Positions 52,634-64,000 of a stretch of 64,000 nt of DNA are shown piece after piece. The translations under genes were made by a program, and so were the position numbers. This stretch comes from Malacoraja senta. Lineage: Eukaryota. The notes under the pieces are model-generated. The model saw nothing but the letters and a program-made list of their open reading frames with translations. It had not been told where the DNA came from and made no database searches. The DNA is taken from assembly GCA_038087875.1 (NCBI GenBank), contig CM075977.1:285944001-286008000 (forward strand), in the 5' to 3' direction. Positions within the stretch are counted from its first letter, which is position 1; each line of letters starts with the position of its first letter.

Positions 52634-55306
52634 CTCTTTTTTTTTATTAGAAGTATTTTACATTACAGTAATCTGCAATAATGTAAATTTATACAGTTCT
52701 TGTACCACTTCTGTTTTTCAACTTTAATAGAAAAAAAGGATAGAAAGAGCTAGCAAAGACAGTCAGTGAGTGAATGAAAAAGTGGTCCAGGAACACACAT
52801 GTGAACCTAAACCACAAGAAGTAGTTAAAGAAGAAAAGAAAAAAAGAGAAAAAAGAAAATAAGATAGGACAATATGAAAGGGATGCACCTACTTCTTATT
52901 TTACTCACCCCTCGCCAGGTCCTAAAACCATTTATTATCATCATTTTGTTGCACCCTATGTTTGTAATAAGTCAATATATGGAGACCAAATCTTTTGGAA
53001 TTGGTCTTGTTTACCTGCTAGGAGGAATCTCATATCTTCTAGATGTAACAATTCCGACATATTAGAAGTCCACATTTTTATTGTTGGCGTAGGAGCATTT
53101 TTCCAAAATTTCAGTATCAGTTTTTTTGCCGTTATTAAGCCATAACTAAGAAAACTCCTTTGAAACGCAGTCAGCTCCAAACTTGCTTCTATTGTTCCAA
53201 AAATAATCAGTTCTGCATTTGGTTTCAGTTTTATTTTAAATAATTTAGTGAAAATTTCAAAACTTTCATTCCAAATATTTTGAATTTTTATACAAAAAAC
53301 AAAAGAATGTGCTATAGTTGATTCTTGGACTAGGCATTTATCACAGTTAGCAGAGGTATTTGGGTAAAATTTACTTAATTTAGCTTTTGAATAATATAAT
53401 CTATGTAAAATTTTAAATTGAATCCGAGTATGTCTTACGTTAATCGAACATTTATGCACATATAATAGATGTTTATCCCAACTCTCTTTCGAGATTTTTA
53501 TAGCTAGTTCCTGTTCCCATTCTCTTCTAATCCCATCCGATGATGGAATTTGTATATTTAAAATGGAATTATATAGGTATGATATTAAATTAGCTGATTC
53601 CGCTTTTATATTCATTATCCCATCTAATAGGTCAGGAGACATATTTTGATATTCTCGTGTATACTTTTTCAAATAGTCACGTAGTTGAAAATATTTGAAA
53701 AATTGATTACTATTCAAGTTGTATTTAAGTTGTAATGGTGAAATGTTAAAAAAACTTCCATTATCATACATATCTCCAAACGTTTTAATTCCTACTCTTC
53801 CCCAATTTATAAAAGCTTTATCCATCATAGAAGGTTTAAAACAAAGGGTTATTCATTATAGGTGAAAGAAGTGATAGATTTCTTAATTTTAACGTTAATT
53901 TTATTTGTTTCCAAATTCTAATTGTACTGTGAATAATTGGATTTTTACTATATATTGTATTCTTTATTTTTGTTGGTGAGAGAAGGATCGCTCCTATGTT
54001 AAAAGGGAACAGTCCTCCTTCTCCATTACTACCCAATCCACCTGCTGGGCCGAATTGTCCAACAGGTGAATCATGTTTTGAAGGTACACAAAAGTGCTGG
54101 AGAAACTCAGCGGGTGCAGCAGCATCTATGGAGCGAAGGAAACAGGCAACGTTTCGGGCCGAAACCCTTCTTCAGACTGATAGGGGGTGGGGAGAAGAAA
54201 GGAAAAAAGGCGGAGGAGGAGCCCGAGGGCTGGGGGAGGGGAGGAGACAACCAGAGGGCTGAAAATCAAAAATCATATTTTTGACATTTGTGGCCCAATA
54301 ATAATATAAAAAATTGGGGAGTGATAATCCACCAAATTCCTTAGGTTTACACAAATGTTTTCTTTGGATTCTGTGGGATTTATAGTCCCATATAAAATTT
54401 GTAATATCAGCATCCAATTAAAAAAAATTTGGGGGGGTAAGTATTGACTGGAATTGACTGGAATAGATATAACATTTGTGGTAAAAAGATCATTTTTATA
54501 GCATTTATTCGGCCTATAAGGGACATCGGGAGGGTTTTCCAGAATTTAATCAGTGTGTTTAGTTTATTGAGTAAGGGCATATAGTTTGCATTAAATAGAG
54601 ATTTATATTTTCTAGTAATTTCAATTCCCAAATATTTAAATTTTTCTGAAACGATTTTAAAAGGGAATTTTAACAAGTGTGTCGATTCTTGAGGTTTAAA
54701 TCGTCATAATTTCACTTTTATTCCAATTTATTCTATATCCTGAAAAGGATCCAAATTCCTCAATTAAAATTTAATATATTTGGTATACTAGTTTGTGATT
54801 TTGTAATATATAGTAGTACATCATCTGCATATAAAGATATCTTATTATTTGAATATTTTGTATTGTACCATGAATATTCGGATGTATCCTAATACTTTCC
54901 GCTAACGGTTCTATTACAAGAGCAAATAGCAGAGGTGATAATGAACACCCCTGTCTATTTCCCCTTGATAACTGAAATTTCGAGGACAAGATATTATTGT
55001 TAATATTCTGGCCGTAGGCCTATCATATAATAATTTTACCCAAGCGATAACATTCTCTCCCACTTGAAATTTTTGCAATACTTTAACCATATAATCCCAT
55101 TCCACTTGATCAAATGCTTTTTCTGCGTCCAGTGAAAATAATTGATAAGTCTTGCTCTTCGGTTTTATGTGAGTGCATTATATTAAACAGACGTCTCAGG
55201 TTATTGCTTGAATATCTCTTGGGTATAAACCCCGTTTGATCCGGATTTATTAATTTACTGACATAGTTACTTAGCCTTCTAGCTAATGTTTTCGCTAATA
55301 ATTTTG
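52634..55306 (-). mobile_element. L1-clade LINE ORF2 fragment (RT through C-terminal Cys domain), cut by a gap
   Basis: [62 protein letters not shown]; poly(A) at ~52637-52645. Penelope-type insert at 54080-54262. Confidence 0.9.
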
Positions 55307-55506
55307 NNNNNNNNNNNNNNNNNNNNNNNNNNNNNNNNNNNNNNNNNNNNNNNNNNNNNNNNNNNNNNNNNNNNNNNNNNNNNNNNNNNNNNNNNNNNNN
55401 NNNNNNNNNNNNNNNNNNNNNNNNNNNNNNNNNNNNNNNNNNNNNNNNNNNNNNNNNNNNNNNNNNNNNNNNNNNNNNNNNNNNNNNNNNNNNNNNNNNN
55501 NNNNNN
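55307..55506. other. Assembly gap (200 N)
   Basis: Run of N. Confidence 1.
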
Positions 55507-55686
55507 GTATGTGCTTTCACACTTCTGTACCTTGCCTAATGGGAGAGTTCATAAGTTCATAAGTGATAGGAGTAGAATTAGGCCATTCGGCCCATCAAAT
55601 CTACTCCAGCATTCAATCATGGCTGATCTATCTCTCCTTCAACTCCATCCTCCTGCCTTCTCCCCATAACCCCTGGCACACATACT

Positions 55687-58600
55687 AATAGTAAGATTAA
55701 ACGAGAACTTACCAGTTTGAAGTTTGATCTTTATTTTATGAGTTACGTTGCTGATTACGTGAAGAAGACCCGTCAGGGCGCATGCGCGTCAATCTTCAAA
55801 GCAGCGGTATGGAATCACAGACAACACCATCATTGAAGTAACATATTAAGATGATCAACATGAGAACTACCATTATGACCTTTTTTCTATGAGAGAGGGT
55901 TGGGCGTGGCGGGCACGTAATCACCAACGTAACTCCCCATAAAATAAAGATCAAACTTCAAAATGGTAAGTTCTCGTTTAATCTTACTATTTTACTTCGG
56001 AGTCACGTGAGTGACTACGTGAAGATTTTAAAGCTCTGTGATTTTTATGCCGCAGATCAAAATCCCGGCTTCTCACTGCATCGATTGACTCTGAGTATCA
56101 TCAATAATGCTGTAAACATGACATTGCATATCATGCAAAAACAAAACAGTTTTATTTTTTTGGTCATAAAACAACCAATAAACCCTCTTAATGTAGGGGC
56201 AACAAACGAAACAGAATGAAACAGTATTGAAAACAGACTTTAAACAATAGCAACAGCACTCAATATTGAGTTGGCAAACAGCCCTCCATCGGCAATCGGC
56301 CGATGGTAGTATTGCTGAAACACAAGTTCATTTTTCCAACCTGCGGCTTTTAATATATGGTCGATGGGAACGTCCATCGCCCTGGCCGCGGATGTTGCTA
56401 CTGCGCTAGTGGAATGAGATGTAAACACATAAATGTTAATTCCTGCCTGAACCAACTCTTGCGTTAACCACCTTGAGATAGTCTGAACTGCCACTCTTTA
56501 TGTTGGCTTCTTGTAACTGACAAATAATCCTGTTTCTTCTTGTCTTAAAGCCCTTGTGGCTTCAATGTAATGTAAGGAATGTGTCCTCACACATAAACAT
56601 GGAGCTGTAGGATATGCTGAGAACACAATCTTAAATCCTGTCACACCTGGCCTGCTTTGTTTGAGCAGGTCAGAAATATAAAACAGAACATTCTCTGTAT
56701 CACTTCCATTCTCTCGAACTGAAGTTTTTGCAAAGTCTGCACTCTCTGTACTGACACCAATGCCATTAGCATAGCCAATTTCATGGTTAATTTTAACAAA
56801 GTTATAGACGTGACAGGGACCCAATGACGAAGCATGTTAAGAACAATGCTTACATCGCAGATTACCATATACCTAGGTTTAGGCGGTTTGGAATTAAAGA
56901 TTCCTTTCATCAACCTAGATATGAGAGGGTGAGAACCTATACTTTGTGTCCGTGTACCTATTACAAGATATGCCGACAAAGCACTTCTAGCTGTATTGAT
57001 AGCAGTATAGCGAAGACCCTCATCATAATAAAGTGTAGATAAACTCTAACACATTTTCAATAACTACAGTATCATATTGAATATTCTTTTGAACACAATA
57101 TTGTTCCCATTTTTTTTTTTTTTTTTTTTTTACATAAGTCATATACTGCTTTTGAGTACTCTTTCTCCAGGCTGCAGTGAGTATATCCACCATTGGCCTA
57201 GAAAGTCCTCGACCAATGTAAGGCATTCTTAAAAACCTGCAAATTAACAGATCAATATGATCACATAACGGATGAACTTAACGCGTTACTGGATGCTCCA
57301 GCAAATTCCTACTGTTTGAATCAACAAAAGGAGTTTGGATCGCTCTCTGTTAACATCAAAGGGAACCATGGTTGAATCGGGCAATTTGGTATCACCAAAA
57401 CCCCTGAAGCGGCATCCTGCTTGATTTTCTCAAACACCGACCTATGAGGCAGAATGGTGGGAAAATGTACGCAAACATATCATCCCAATTTAGTGAAAAA
57501 GCATCAATTGCCACTGCCCCTGGATCTGGTGCCCATGAAACATATTTTGGCCTTCCATATAGAAGTACTATGTTCTTGAACACATCCTGGTTCAACATCC
57601 ACTCTGTATTATCACGGAATTTTCGTGAGCTGCCATCTGGTACTACATTAAGTTTCCCTGGCAGATAGATAGCTCCAATCCAACTATCTCTATGCATACT
57701 CCAGGTCCAATTTTATTTGCCAACCTGTCACATGATAACGATTTGATTCCACCCATGTGAATCATATCAGCAACTGCTGCAGTGTTGTGTATTTGGCACT
57801 GTACATGCAAACTAGTTTAGTTAGTGCCATAAGCCTTGAGTCCATAAAATACTCCTGGTTAATTACCCATGTTTGCAGAAGCAATGTCCATGTGTCTCCA
57901 CAGCTGAATCTTTTATCAGTAGCACCCCACCCAAGTGCTCTGACATCTGTCTGCAAAATCATGGAAGCTTGGCCCAATAACACTTTGGAACTACTAGTGG
58001 ACACATGCTGAATCCACCATTGTACATCAGCAACAGCCTCTGTTGATAGAAGCATAGGTCTATTATAACGACCCCAATGTATCCTCAGTACTTGTTCCTT
58101 TAACCTTTATAATTGTAGATAATAAAGTGTCCTCTATTGAACAGCTGGAATTGCTACTAGCAATTTCCCCAAGAGACTCGTCACCTGGCTAATTGAAGGC
58201 TGTGTGTCAGCAATTAACTTGATACAGCTCTTAATTAGCTCTACCCTTTTTTGCCTCGGCAAGGTCACAATCATGTTGATTAAGTCTATTGTGAACCCAA
58301 CTAGCAAATTTGTGTCACAGGTATTAATTTAGATTCCTCTGGATAGCTTATGAAGCCCAATTTTTAAAAAGTGGTTTTTACCAACTGCCACTGATGCTTC
58401 AGCTGTTTCCTTTGATTGTCCTACAATCAAGATATTATCTAGTTAAGCCATGAGCTCATGCCCTTGACTTCTCATCATGCCTAGAATATGTTTTAACAAC
58501 TTTGTAATCTCTCTAGGAGCTGAAGACAAACCATTAGGCAGTGCATTGTATTGCCATAATTGCCCCATCCAGGTGAATTCTAAATCTATTATCCTGCAAT

Positions 58601-59639
58601 GAACAGACACTGAATCCGCATATTTATCTCCTCAAACGTTTCCATCTTAAAATGTCTATACCATACAAAAGGTTTTAAGACTATTCAGGTCCAGTATAAC
58701 TCTGCATCCCCCATCCTTTGTTGGTCTGGGTAAGATATTGGACACAAACTGATGGCTTTGGTAAACTGCCTGAGCAATTACATTTTTATTACATAAGCTT
58801 GCAAGTTGCACCTGAACTTCCAATTGTTCAGTGATACTGGTCAAACTCCTTTTTTGGAACATGTTGCATGGATAAATCAGAATTTGCATTAAGCTTTATT
58901 CCAAACCCTTCAATAACCTTCAGTTTAAACATATCTGAGGTATCACATTAGATCTGTCTACATGAGAACCAGACCCACTTACCTCCTTACCACCTGGCAT
59001 TCTACCCCGGCCCCGAGCTGGATATCTCACCTTCCCTGGCACTGCTACAGCCGAACGCCAACTGCGCTGCATCGTAGCTTGGACTCGTCCGTTGCCCGGA
59101 CCAGTCTCCTCGCTTATAGGGATACTCTCCTCCAGCTCCTTCACCTGCTTTGCGAAATCCTCGCCAAACAGATCTGCCGGTTGCCCTGTGCCAGGCTGGC
59201 AGATGAAGCATATTTAGGATTGATGGTTGGTCTAAACGCAGTCTTGCGGAGGCAGTTGATATCAAAGTGGGTACTCCACAATAGCACCACACCTTTTGTT
59301 GTAATTTCATCATGTCCTCTCCATCCACCATCCTGGCAAAGCTCGTTATGCCAGATGTCAGCAACTTTAAAATATGCTGGAGCTTCACCTCCTCCTTGGC
59401 TCTCATTTGTATGCCCATCTTGCTTCCTTACTGTCTCATCCATTGTCAGCTCCTGTAGCTGATGTGAGACTTGGTAATTTATGCTGGTGGCAAGTTCCTC
59501 ACCCAGAGGCTCACCAGCGTCCGACGACATGGCAAACCGTGCTGCACACGGTGTCAGCTCTGGCCGCTGCCTGCCCTCCTTTTGGAAGTCGTCGTCGGAC
59601 TCAGGGTCAGAGCGTATCTGCCCTTCTGCACTCACCTCT
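55687..59639 (-). mobile_element. DIRS1-like tyrosine-recombinase retrotransposon (decayed; 5' part displaced by CR1)
   Basis: YR motifs GSHPLISRLMKGIFNSKPPKPRY and HSTSAVATS..IDHILKAAGW..FQQYY. MT-like DAFSLNW..YIFPPF. RNase H QTDVRALGWGA and YLPGKLNV. RT DGGCRVILDL and LPNGLSSAPR. Terminal inverted repeat 55687-55761 / 55914-55991. Confidence 0.9.
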
Positions 59640-59913
59640 TCCGAAAGCCGTTGGAGAGGTCGCTGAGGGAGGAGCTACAACCGAGCGGTAGGACTTAAAA
59701 AGGAGCGCGGGGGCTTGTTCCTAACAGAGGTCCGAAAGCCGTTGGAGAGGTCGCTGAGGGAGGAGCTACAACCGAGCGGTAGGACTTAAAAAGGAGTACC
59801 CAAATCGGCAACGTTCCACTTCAAAAACAAGTGGGTTTGAGGAAGCCGCTGATTGGTGGACGCAGATAAGAGAGAGCAGCTGATTGGGAGTCAGATCCCT
59901 GCTGATTGTACTG

Positions 59914-60080
59914 TATTGTAGCAGTTTGTTTTGTATTGTAGCAGTTTGTTTTGTATTGTAGCAGTTTGTTTTGTATTGTAGCAGTTTGTTTTGTATTGTA
60001 GCAGTTTGTTTTGTATTGTAGCAGTTTGTTTTGTATTGTAGCAGTTTGTTTTGTATTCTATCAGTTTGTTTTATATTCTA
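59914..60080. repeat. 20-bp tandem repeat in the CR1 5' UTR
   Basis: About 8 copies of gcagtttgttttgtattgta. Confidence 0.9.
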
Positions 60081-60097
60081 TCCAGGGTAAGGGGAGT

Positions 60098-61033
60098 ATG
60101 ACGGCCAGGGCAGTTTACTGTTCTGGATGTCAGATGTGGGAAGTCATGGAGTCTGTTAGCCCTCCAGACGTCCACATCTGCGCCAGGTGTATCGAGATGG
60201 GGCTCCTAATGGACCGTATTAGGAACCTGGAGCAGCAGCTCGATGACCTCCGTCTGGTCAGGGAGAGCGAGGAAGTCATTGAGAGGAGTTACAGGGATGT
60301 GGTCACTCCAACACCACAGGAGGCAGGCAAGTGGATCACGGTTGGGAGAGGCAAGGGGCACAGGCAGGGACTAGAGAGTACCCCGGTGGCTGTACACCTT
60401 GACAATAAGTACTCCTGTTTGAGCACTGTTGGGGTGGACAGCCTACCTGGGGGTAGCGACAGCGGCCGGGCCTCCGGTATAGAGACCGGTCCTGTTGCTC
60501 AGAAGGGTAAGGAAAAGAAGAGGAGGGCAATATTAATAGGGGACTCTATAGTTAGGGGGTCAGACAGGCGATTCTGTGGACGCAGTCGGGAGACCCGGAT
60601 GGTAGTTTGCCTCCCTGGTGCCAGGGTCTGTGATGTGTCCCAACGTGTCCAAGACATCCTGAAAGGGCAGGGAGAGGAGCCCGAGGTCGTGATACATATA
60701 GGTACCAATGACATAGGTAAAAAAAGAGAAGAGGTCCTGAAAGGAGAATTTAGGGAGTTAGGAGGGGAGTTAAAGAGAAGGACAGCAAAGGTAACAATCT
60801 CGGGATTACTGCCTGTACCACGCGACAGTGAGAGTAGGAATGGAGCGAGGTGGAGGATAAATGCGTGGCTGAAGGACTGGTGCAGAAGGCAGGGATTCAA
60901 ATTTCTGGATCATTGGGACTTCTTTTGTGGAAGGTTCGACCTGTACAAAAAGGATGGGTTGCACTTGAACCTGAGGGGGACCGATATCCTGGCGGGGAGA
61001 TCTGCAAAGGCTACTGGGGAGACTTTAAACTAG
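60098..61033 (+). CDS. CR1 ORF1p (zinc finger, leucine zipper, SGNH esterase)
   Basis: MTARAVYCSGCQMW..CARC; IGDSIVRG; CLPGARV; HIGTND; DGLHLN. Confidence 0.9.
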   Translation: MTARAVYCSGCQMWEVMESVSPPDVHICARCIEMGLLMDRIRNLEQQLDDLRLVRESEEVIERSYRDVVTPTPQEAGKWITVGRGKGHRQGLESTPVAVHLDNKYSCLSTVGVDSLPGGSDSGRASGIETGPVAQKGKEKKRRAILIGDSIVRGSDRRFCGRSRETRMVVCLPGARVCDVSQRVQDILKGQGEEPEVVIHIGTNDIGKKREEVLKGEFRELGGELKRRTAKVTISGLLPVPRDSESRNGARWRINAWLKDWCRRQGFKFLDHWDFFCGRFDLYKKDGLHLNLRGTDILAGRSAKATGETLN

Positions 61034-61212
61034 AATGGTTGGGGGGAGGGACTCAAATAGAGAATGCTATTAGACAGTGTGTGAGGCAGGAGGCAGAGAA
61101 GGAAAGCACTCAGACCCAACATGTAGGGGGGAAAGAAGAAAACAATAATAAACAGAGAATAAGAGGTGGTGGGGTTCTTAAATGGGTGAGCAGAGAAACA
61201 GAGGGGTGTAAA

Positions 61213-64000
61213 ATGCGGGCGGAAGCAATAGGTAGCAAGGTGAAAGGTAAAAGTGGCAGGCAGACAAATCCAGGACAAAAATCAAAAAGAGCCACTTTTC
61301 AACATAATTGTATAAGGGGTAAGAGCGTTGTAAAAACAAGTCTGAAGGCTTTGTGTCTCAATGCAAGGAGCATTCGTAATAAGGTGGATGAGTTGAACGT
61401 GCAGATAGCAATTAATGATTATGATATAGTTGGGATCACGGAGACATGGCTCCAAGGTGACCAAGGCTGGGAGCTGAACATCCAGGGATATTCAATATTC
61501 AGGAGGGATAGAGAGAAAGGAAAAGGAGGTGGGGTGGCGTTGCTGGTTAGAGAGGAGATTAACGCAGTGGAAAGGAAGGACATTAGCTTGGAGGATGTGG
61601 AATCGGTATGGGTAGAGCTGCGAAACACTAAGGGGCAGAAAACGCTGGTGGGCGTTGTGTACAGGCCACCTAGCAGTAGTAGTGAAGTTGGGGATGGCAT
61701 CAAACAGGAAATTAGAAATGCGTGCAACAAAGGCAAAACAGTTATAATGGGTGACTTCAATCTACATATAGATTGGGTGAATCAAATTGGCAGGGGTGCT
61801 GAGGAAGAGGATTTCTTGGAATGTATGAGGGATAGTTATCTAAACCAACATGTAGAGGAACCAACGAGAGAGCAGGCTATTCTAGACTGGGTATTGAGTA
61901 ATGAGGAAGGGTTAGTTAGCAGACTCGTTGTGCGTGCCCCCTTGGGCAAGAGTGATCATAATATGGTTGAGTTCTTCATTAGGATGGAGAGTGACATTGT
62001 TAATTCAGAAACAACGGTTCTGAACTTAAAGAAAGGTAACTTTGAGGGTATGAGACATGAATTGGCCAAGATTGACTGGCAATTAGTTCTAAAAGGGTTG
62101 ACGGTGGATATGCAATGGAAGGCATTTAAAGACTGCATGGATGAACTACAAAAATTGTTCATCCCAGTTTGGCAAAAGAATAAATCAAGGAAGGTAGTGC
62201 ATCCGTGGATAACAAGGGAAATCAGGGATAGTATCAAAGCAAAAGATGATGCGTACAAATTAGCCAGAAAAAGCAGCATACCAGAGGACTGGGAGAAATT
62301 CAGAGACAAGCAGAGGAGGACAAAGGGCTTAATTAGGAAAGGGAAAATAGATTATGAAAGGAAACTGGCAGGGAACATAAAAACTGACTGCAAAAGTTTT
62401 TATAGATATGTGAAGAGAAAGAGATTAGTTAAATCAAATGTAGGTCCCTTGCAGTCAGAAACAGGTGAATTGATCATGGGGAACAAGGATATGGCAGACC
62501 AATTGAATAACTACTTTGGTTCCGTCTTCACTAAGGAAGACATAAATAATCTGCCGGAAATAGCAGGGGGCCGCGGGTCAAAGGAGATGGAGGAACTGAG
62601 TGAAATCCAGGTTAGTCGGGAAGTGGTGTTGGGTAAATTGAATGGATTAAAGGCCGATAAATCACCAGGGCCAGATAGGCTGCATCCCAGAGTACTTAAG
62701 GAAGTAGCTCCAGAAATAGTGGATGCATTAGTGATAATTTTTCAAAACTCTTTAGATTCTGGAGTAGTTCCTGAGGATTGGAGGGTAGCAAACGTAACCC
62801 CACTTTTTAAGAAGGGAGGGAGAGAGAAAACGGGGAATTACAGACCAGTTAGTCTAACATCGGTAGTGGGGAAACTGCTAGAGTCAGTTATTAAAGATGG
62901 GATAGCAGCACATTTGGAAAGTGGTGAAATCATTGGACAAAGTCAGCATGGATTTACGAAAGGTAAATCGTGTCTGACGAATCTTATAGAATTTTTCGAG
63001 GATGTAACTAGTAGAGTGGATAGGGGAGAACCAGTGGATGTGTTGTATCTGGACTTTCAGAAGGCTTTCGACAAGGTACCACATAAGAGATTAGGATACA
63101 AACTTAAATCACACGGTATTGGGGGTTCAGTATTGATGTGGATAGAGAACTGGCTGGCAAACAGGAAGCAAAGAGTAGGAGTAAACGGGTCCTTTTCACA
63201 ATGGCAGGCAGTGACTAGTGGGGTACCACAAGGCTCAGTGCTGGGACCCCAGCTATTTACAATTTATATTAATGATCTGGACGAGGGAATTGAAAGCAAC
63301 ATCTCCAAGTTTGCGGATGACACCAAGCTGGGGGGCAGTGTTAGCTGTGAGGAGGATGCTAGGAGACTGCAAGGTGACTTGGATAGGCTGGGTGAGTGGG
63401 CAAATGTTTGGCAGATGCAGTATAATGTGGATAAATGTGAGGTTATCCACTTTGGTAGCAAAAACGGGAAGGCAGACTATTATCTAAATGGTGGCCGATT
63501 AGGAAATGGGGAGATGCAGCGAGACCTGGGTGTCATGGTACACCAGTCATTGAAAGTAGGCATGCAGGTGCAGCAGGCAGTGAAGAAAGCGAATGGTATG
63601 TTGGCCTTCATAGCAAGAGGATTTGAGTATAGGAGCAGTGAGGTTCTACTGCAGTTGTACAGGGTCTTGGTGAGACCACACCTGGAGTATTGCGTACAGT
63701 TTTGGTCTCCAAATCTGAGGAAGGACATTATAGCCATAGAGGGAGTGCAGAGAAGGTTCACCAGACTGATTCCTGGGATGTCAGGACTTTCATATGAAGA
63801 AAGACTGGATAGACTTGGCTTATACTCGCTAGAATTTAGGAGATTGAGAGGGGATCTTATAGAAACATACAAGATTCTTATGGGGTTGGACAGGCTAGAT
63901 GCAGGAAGATTGTTCCCGATGTTGGGGAAGTCCAGGACAAGGGGTCACAGCTTAAGGATAAGGGGAAAATCCTTTAAGACCGAGATGAGGAAAAACTTTT
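61213..64000 (+). CDS. CR1 ORF2p (APE endonuclease plus RT), partial at the window edge
   Basis: [57 protein letters not shown] all in one frame. No stop seen, and the ORF track lists no terminated ORF in this frame. Confidence 0.9.
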   Translation, partial: MRAEAIGSKVKGKSGRQTNPGQKSKRATFQHNCIRGKSVVKTSLKALCLNARSIRNKVDELNVQIAINDYDIVGITETWLQGDQGWELNIQGYSIFRRDREKGKGGGVALLVREEINAVERKDISLEDVESVWVELRNTKGQKTLVGVVYRPPSSSSEVGDGIKQEIRNACNKGKTVIMGDFNLHIDWVNQIGRGAEEEDFLECMRDSYLNQHVEEPTREQAILDWVLSNEEGLVSRLVVRAPLGKSDHNMVEFFIRMESDIVNSETTVLNLKKGNFEGMRHELAKIDWQLVLKGLTVDMQWKAFKDCMDELQKLFIPVWQKNKSRKVVHPWITREIRDSIKAKDDAYKLARKSSIPEDWEKFRDKQRRTKGLIRKGKIDYERKLAGNIKTDCKSFYRYVKRKRLVKSNVGPLQSETGELIMGNKDMADQLNNYFGSVFTKEDINNLPEIAGGRGSKEMEELSEIQVSREVVLGKLNGLKADKSPGPDRLHPRVLKEVAPEIVDALVIIFQNSLDSGVVPEDWRVANVTPLFKKGGREKTGNYRPVSLTSVVGKLLESVIKDGIAAHLESGEIIGQSQHGFTKGKSCLTNLIEFFEDVTSRVDRGEPVDVLYLDFQKAFDKVPHKRLGYKLKSHGIGGSVLMWIENWLANRKQRVGVNGSFSQWQAVTSGVPQGSVLGPQLFTIYINDLDEGIESNISKFADDTKLGGSVSCEEDARRLQGDLDRLGEWANVWQMQYNVDKCEVIHFGSKNGKADYYLNGGRLGNGEMQRDLGVMVHQSLKVGMQVQQAVKKANGMLAFIARGFEYRSSEVLLQLYRVLVRPHLEYCVQFWSPNLRKDIIAIEGVQRRFTRLIPGMSGLSYEERLDRLGLYSLEFRRLRGDLIETYKILMGLDRLDAGRLFPMLGKSRTRGHSLRIRGKSFKTEMRKNF

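Larger units (their letters stand above)
59640..64000 (+). mobile_element. Near full-length, apparently intact CR1 LINE (runs off the window end)
   Basis: 5' UTR with repeats, intact ORF1, and ORF2 open to the end of the window. Confidence 0.93.

Noticed and set aside
59914-60080. Regular 20-bp repeats resembling a CRISPR array
   Set aside because: Head-to-tail units with no unique spacers, no cas genes, and a vertebrate LINE 5' UTR context.
60011-60097. Cys/hydrophobic N-terminal extension of CR1 ORF1
   Set aside because: It is a translation of the 20-bp tandem repeat from a TTG; the likely start is the ATG at 60098.

Overview
Eukaryotic, AT-rich, transposon-dense vertebrate DNA. The repeat inventory (CR1 with (TTTCTATG)n tails, an HE1-like V-SINE, Penelope-type repeats, Rex1, DIRS) points to a cartilaginous fish, probably a skate or ray (inference). 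The only host gene I can support is the 3' end of PRDM5 on the minus strand: a penultimate coding exon at 46271-46375 and a last coding exon at 37871-38035. Bases 1-19.8 kb are a nested stack of elements. An ancient Gypsy pol is split by a non-autonomous Helitron (2303-4836, itself carrying a CR1) and by a ~14-kb endogenous retrovirus (4929-18942). The provirus has two ~0.79-kb LTRs, an AAAC target-site duplication (TSD), a tRNA-Pro PBS, and gag and integrase remnants, but no visible protease or RT. It has in turn been hit by Rex1, a SINE, CR1, Harbinger-like MITEs and L1. The intron upstream of the penultimate PRDM5 exon (47-64 kb) holds Penelope, Tx1, L1, a DIRS tyrosine-recombinase retrotransposon and an apparently intact young CR1. 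The CR1 ORF1/ORF2 junction carries a U_UUA_AAC -1 slippery site. There are two assembly gaps. Most entries in the ORF track are spurious or TE-derived. All family calls come from motif recognition by eye; no database search was run.
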